Positions 44,443 through 45,491 of a DNA stretch of 45,491 nt are shown one piece after another. Positions within the stretch are counted from its first letter, which is position 1. Each line of letters begins with the position of its first letter. The stretch is from Escherichia phage fEg-Eco06, in sequence record PQ141284.1; one strand, written 5' to 3'. The notes beneath the pieces are model-generated. The model had not been told where the DNA came from and did no database searches. It saw only the letters and a program-made list of their open reading frames with translations. The position numbers and the translations under genes were made by a program.

Positions 44443-44471
44443 TTGCACACCCCAACATAATAGGGTACTAT
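44443..44471 (+). promoter_or_regulatory. sigma70-like promoter (TTGCAC-N17-TACTAT family)
   Basis: TTGCAC (44443-44448), 17-bp spacer, TACTAT (44466-44471); 25 nt upstream of gene at 44497. Confidence 0.55.
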
Positions 44472-44496
44472 TCACTTATCGAAACGAGACAGAGGA

Positions 44497-44697
44497 GTGA
44501 GGGTTATGTTTAAGAAGGGTCAGTTGGTTAAAACTAAACGCGGAGGGCAATATGTATTAGTGTTGCAGGACGAGAGCGAGTATGACGAGGATAATCTGGT
44601 TGACGTATGGGGTCTGGTAAGAAAGAAAACTGGGTTCGCCTCACGCGATAATTTAGAACTCATCGGCAACAATTTTAAATTCAAAGGGGCGAAGTGA
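44497..44697 (+). CDS. hypothetical protein
   Basis: 66 aa, GAGGAGTGAGGG RBS region. Confidence 0.5.
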   Translation: MRVMFKKGQLVKTKRGGQYVLVLQDESEYDEDNLVDVWGLVRKKTGFASRDNLELIGNNFKFKGAK

Positions 44698-44912
44698 TGA
44701 TTAAGGTGGAGATTAAATCGAAAGAGACAAAACAAACTGTAGCCAGTAAAGAATTCAACAGTGAATCCGAAATAGGTCCCTGGTTAAAACAGTACGTACA
44801 TTTGCAGACGGTTTATATCATTCTGACGAAGGCAAGTGGCGTTACCGTTTTACTAGAACCGGCATCGAATAATGATGCTTGTGCCGACGACTCTGAGGGA
44901 GGTTGCCGTTAA
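44694..44912 (+). CDS. hypothetical protein
   Basis: 72 aa, ATGA-coupled. Confidence 0.5.
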   Translation: MMIKVEIKSKETKQTVASKEFNSESEIGPWLKQYVHLQTVYIILTKASGVTVLLEPASNNDACADDSEGGCR

Positions 44913-45067
44913 TGAAAATTCGAATAACTGACCGCAGGCTTATAGATTTCGGTATCTCGGTAGGTGATGTTTTTCTGGCGTTCAGCAGCAACCATTATGG
45001 TTTTATGATTGAGTACAAAGGGTCATTATTGTTCGTGTATCGGGATGAATGCGAGGTTCTGGTATGA
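44912..45067 (+). CDS. hypothetical small protein (51 aa)
   Basis: ATG overlapping upstream TAA; below track cutoff. Confidence 0.3.
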   Translation: MKIRITDRRLIDFGISVGDVFLAFSSNHYGFMIEYKGSLLFVYRDECEVLV

Positions 45068-45219
45068 GAGAAGCATTCGAACGGGGCCATCGTCGAGGGT
45101 CTGCCGGTTAATAAGGGTTCGAAGAAAGAGTACCTGAACGTTAAGACGCGTCTCGCGTGGTGGGCGTGGAAAGCTGGTGCGAATGTAATGGCTGGCGCAT
45201 TTGAGAAGAGAGGCGATTT

Positions 45220-45408
45220 ATGAGCAAGTGGATTAAGTGTAGTGAGCGGATGCCGGAGCCTTATGAATACGTTCTTGTAACTGATTGTTTTGTTGGCTGT
45301 GAGGTTATGCGTGTTAATTCAGATGGCTACTGGGGGCCTGCAAAGAGTTTATATCACGGTGATATAACGCACTGGATGCCTCTACCAGAGCCGCCGTCGC
45401 TGGTGTAA
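45220..45408 (+). CDS. hypothetical protein (DUF551-like)
   Basis: 62 aa; C-terminal HWMPLPEPP motif common in small phage proteins. Confidence 0.45.
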   Translation: MSKWIKCSERMPEPYEYVLVTDCFVGCEVMRVNSDGYWGPAKSLYHGDITHWMPLPEPPSLV

Positions 45409-45491
45409 CAGGTCAATAGGTTACTATTTGTCTTTGTGACTTACGCTGCTGTGTAGCAGCGTATCATTTTTCTCATTTTTGTTCTATTTCA

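Noticed and set aside
1-45491. CRISPR arrays, rRNA genes, integrase or attachment sites
   Set aside because: No regularly spaced direct repeats with unique spacers, no rRNA-like regions and no tyrosine or serine recombinase-like ORF were seen; absence by eye is not proof.

Overview
The window reads as a near-complete genome of a tailed (siphovirus-type) dsDNA phage, probably of an enterobacterial host. Layout: (1) 1 to 5.35 kb, + strand: small early-type genes plus a holin, membrane protein and GH24 endolysin cassette; (2) 5.5 to 31.2 kb, + strand: late structural operon (terminase small and large subunits, portal, Mu F-like head morphogenesis protein, Ig-like protein, Rz/Rz1 spanins, scaffold, major capsid, head-tail joining proteins, major tail, tail chaperones with a probable -1 frameshift, tape measure, distal tail proteins, J-like tip protein, beta-helix fibre or spike); (3) 18.6 to 21.1 kb: a minus-strand accessory island inside the tail module (small membrane protein, metallophosphoesterase, PNK-type HAD phosphatase, P-loop kinase); (4) 31.2 to 44.0 kb, minus strand: replication and recombination module (TOPRIM protein, SNF2 helicase, C5-cytosine methyltransferase, VRR-NUC, family A DNA polymerase, SSB-like protein, Cas4-like exonuclease, primase/helicase, HTH regulators). 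The most unusual feature is in the head morphogenesis gene: an intein (9557 to 10450) whose central region carries a nuclease-like gene on the opposite strand, in exact codon register, so about 770 bp appear to be dual-coding. Several conserved sigma70-like promoters and hairpin terminators are present. No rRNA, tRNA or CRISPR array was recognised. All calls come from reading the sequence and the six-frame track by eye; no database search or computation was run, and several starts were hand-refined to ATGs with RBS or ATGA-type overlap.
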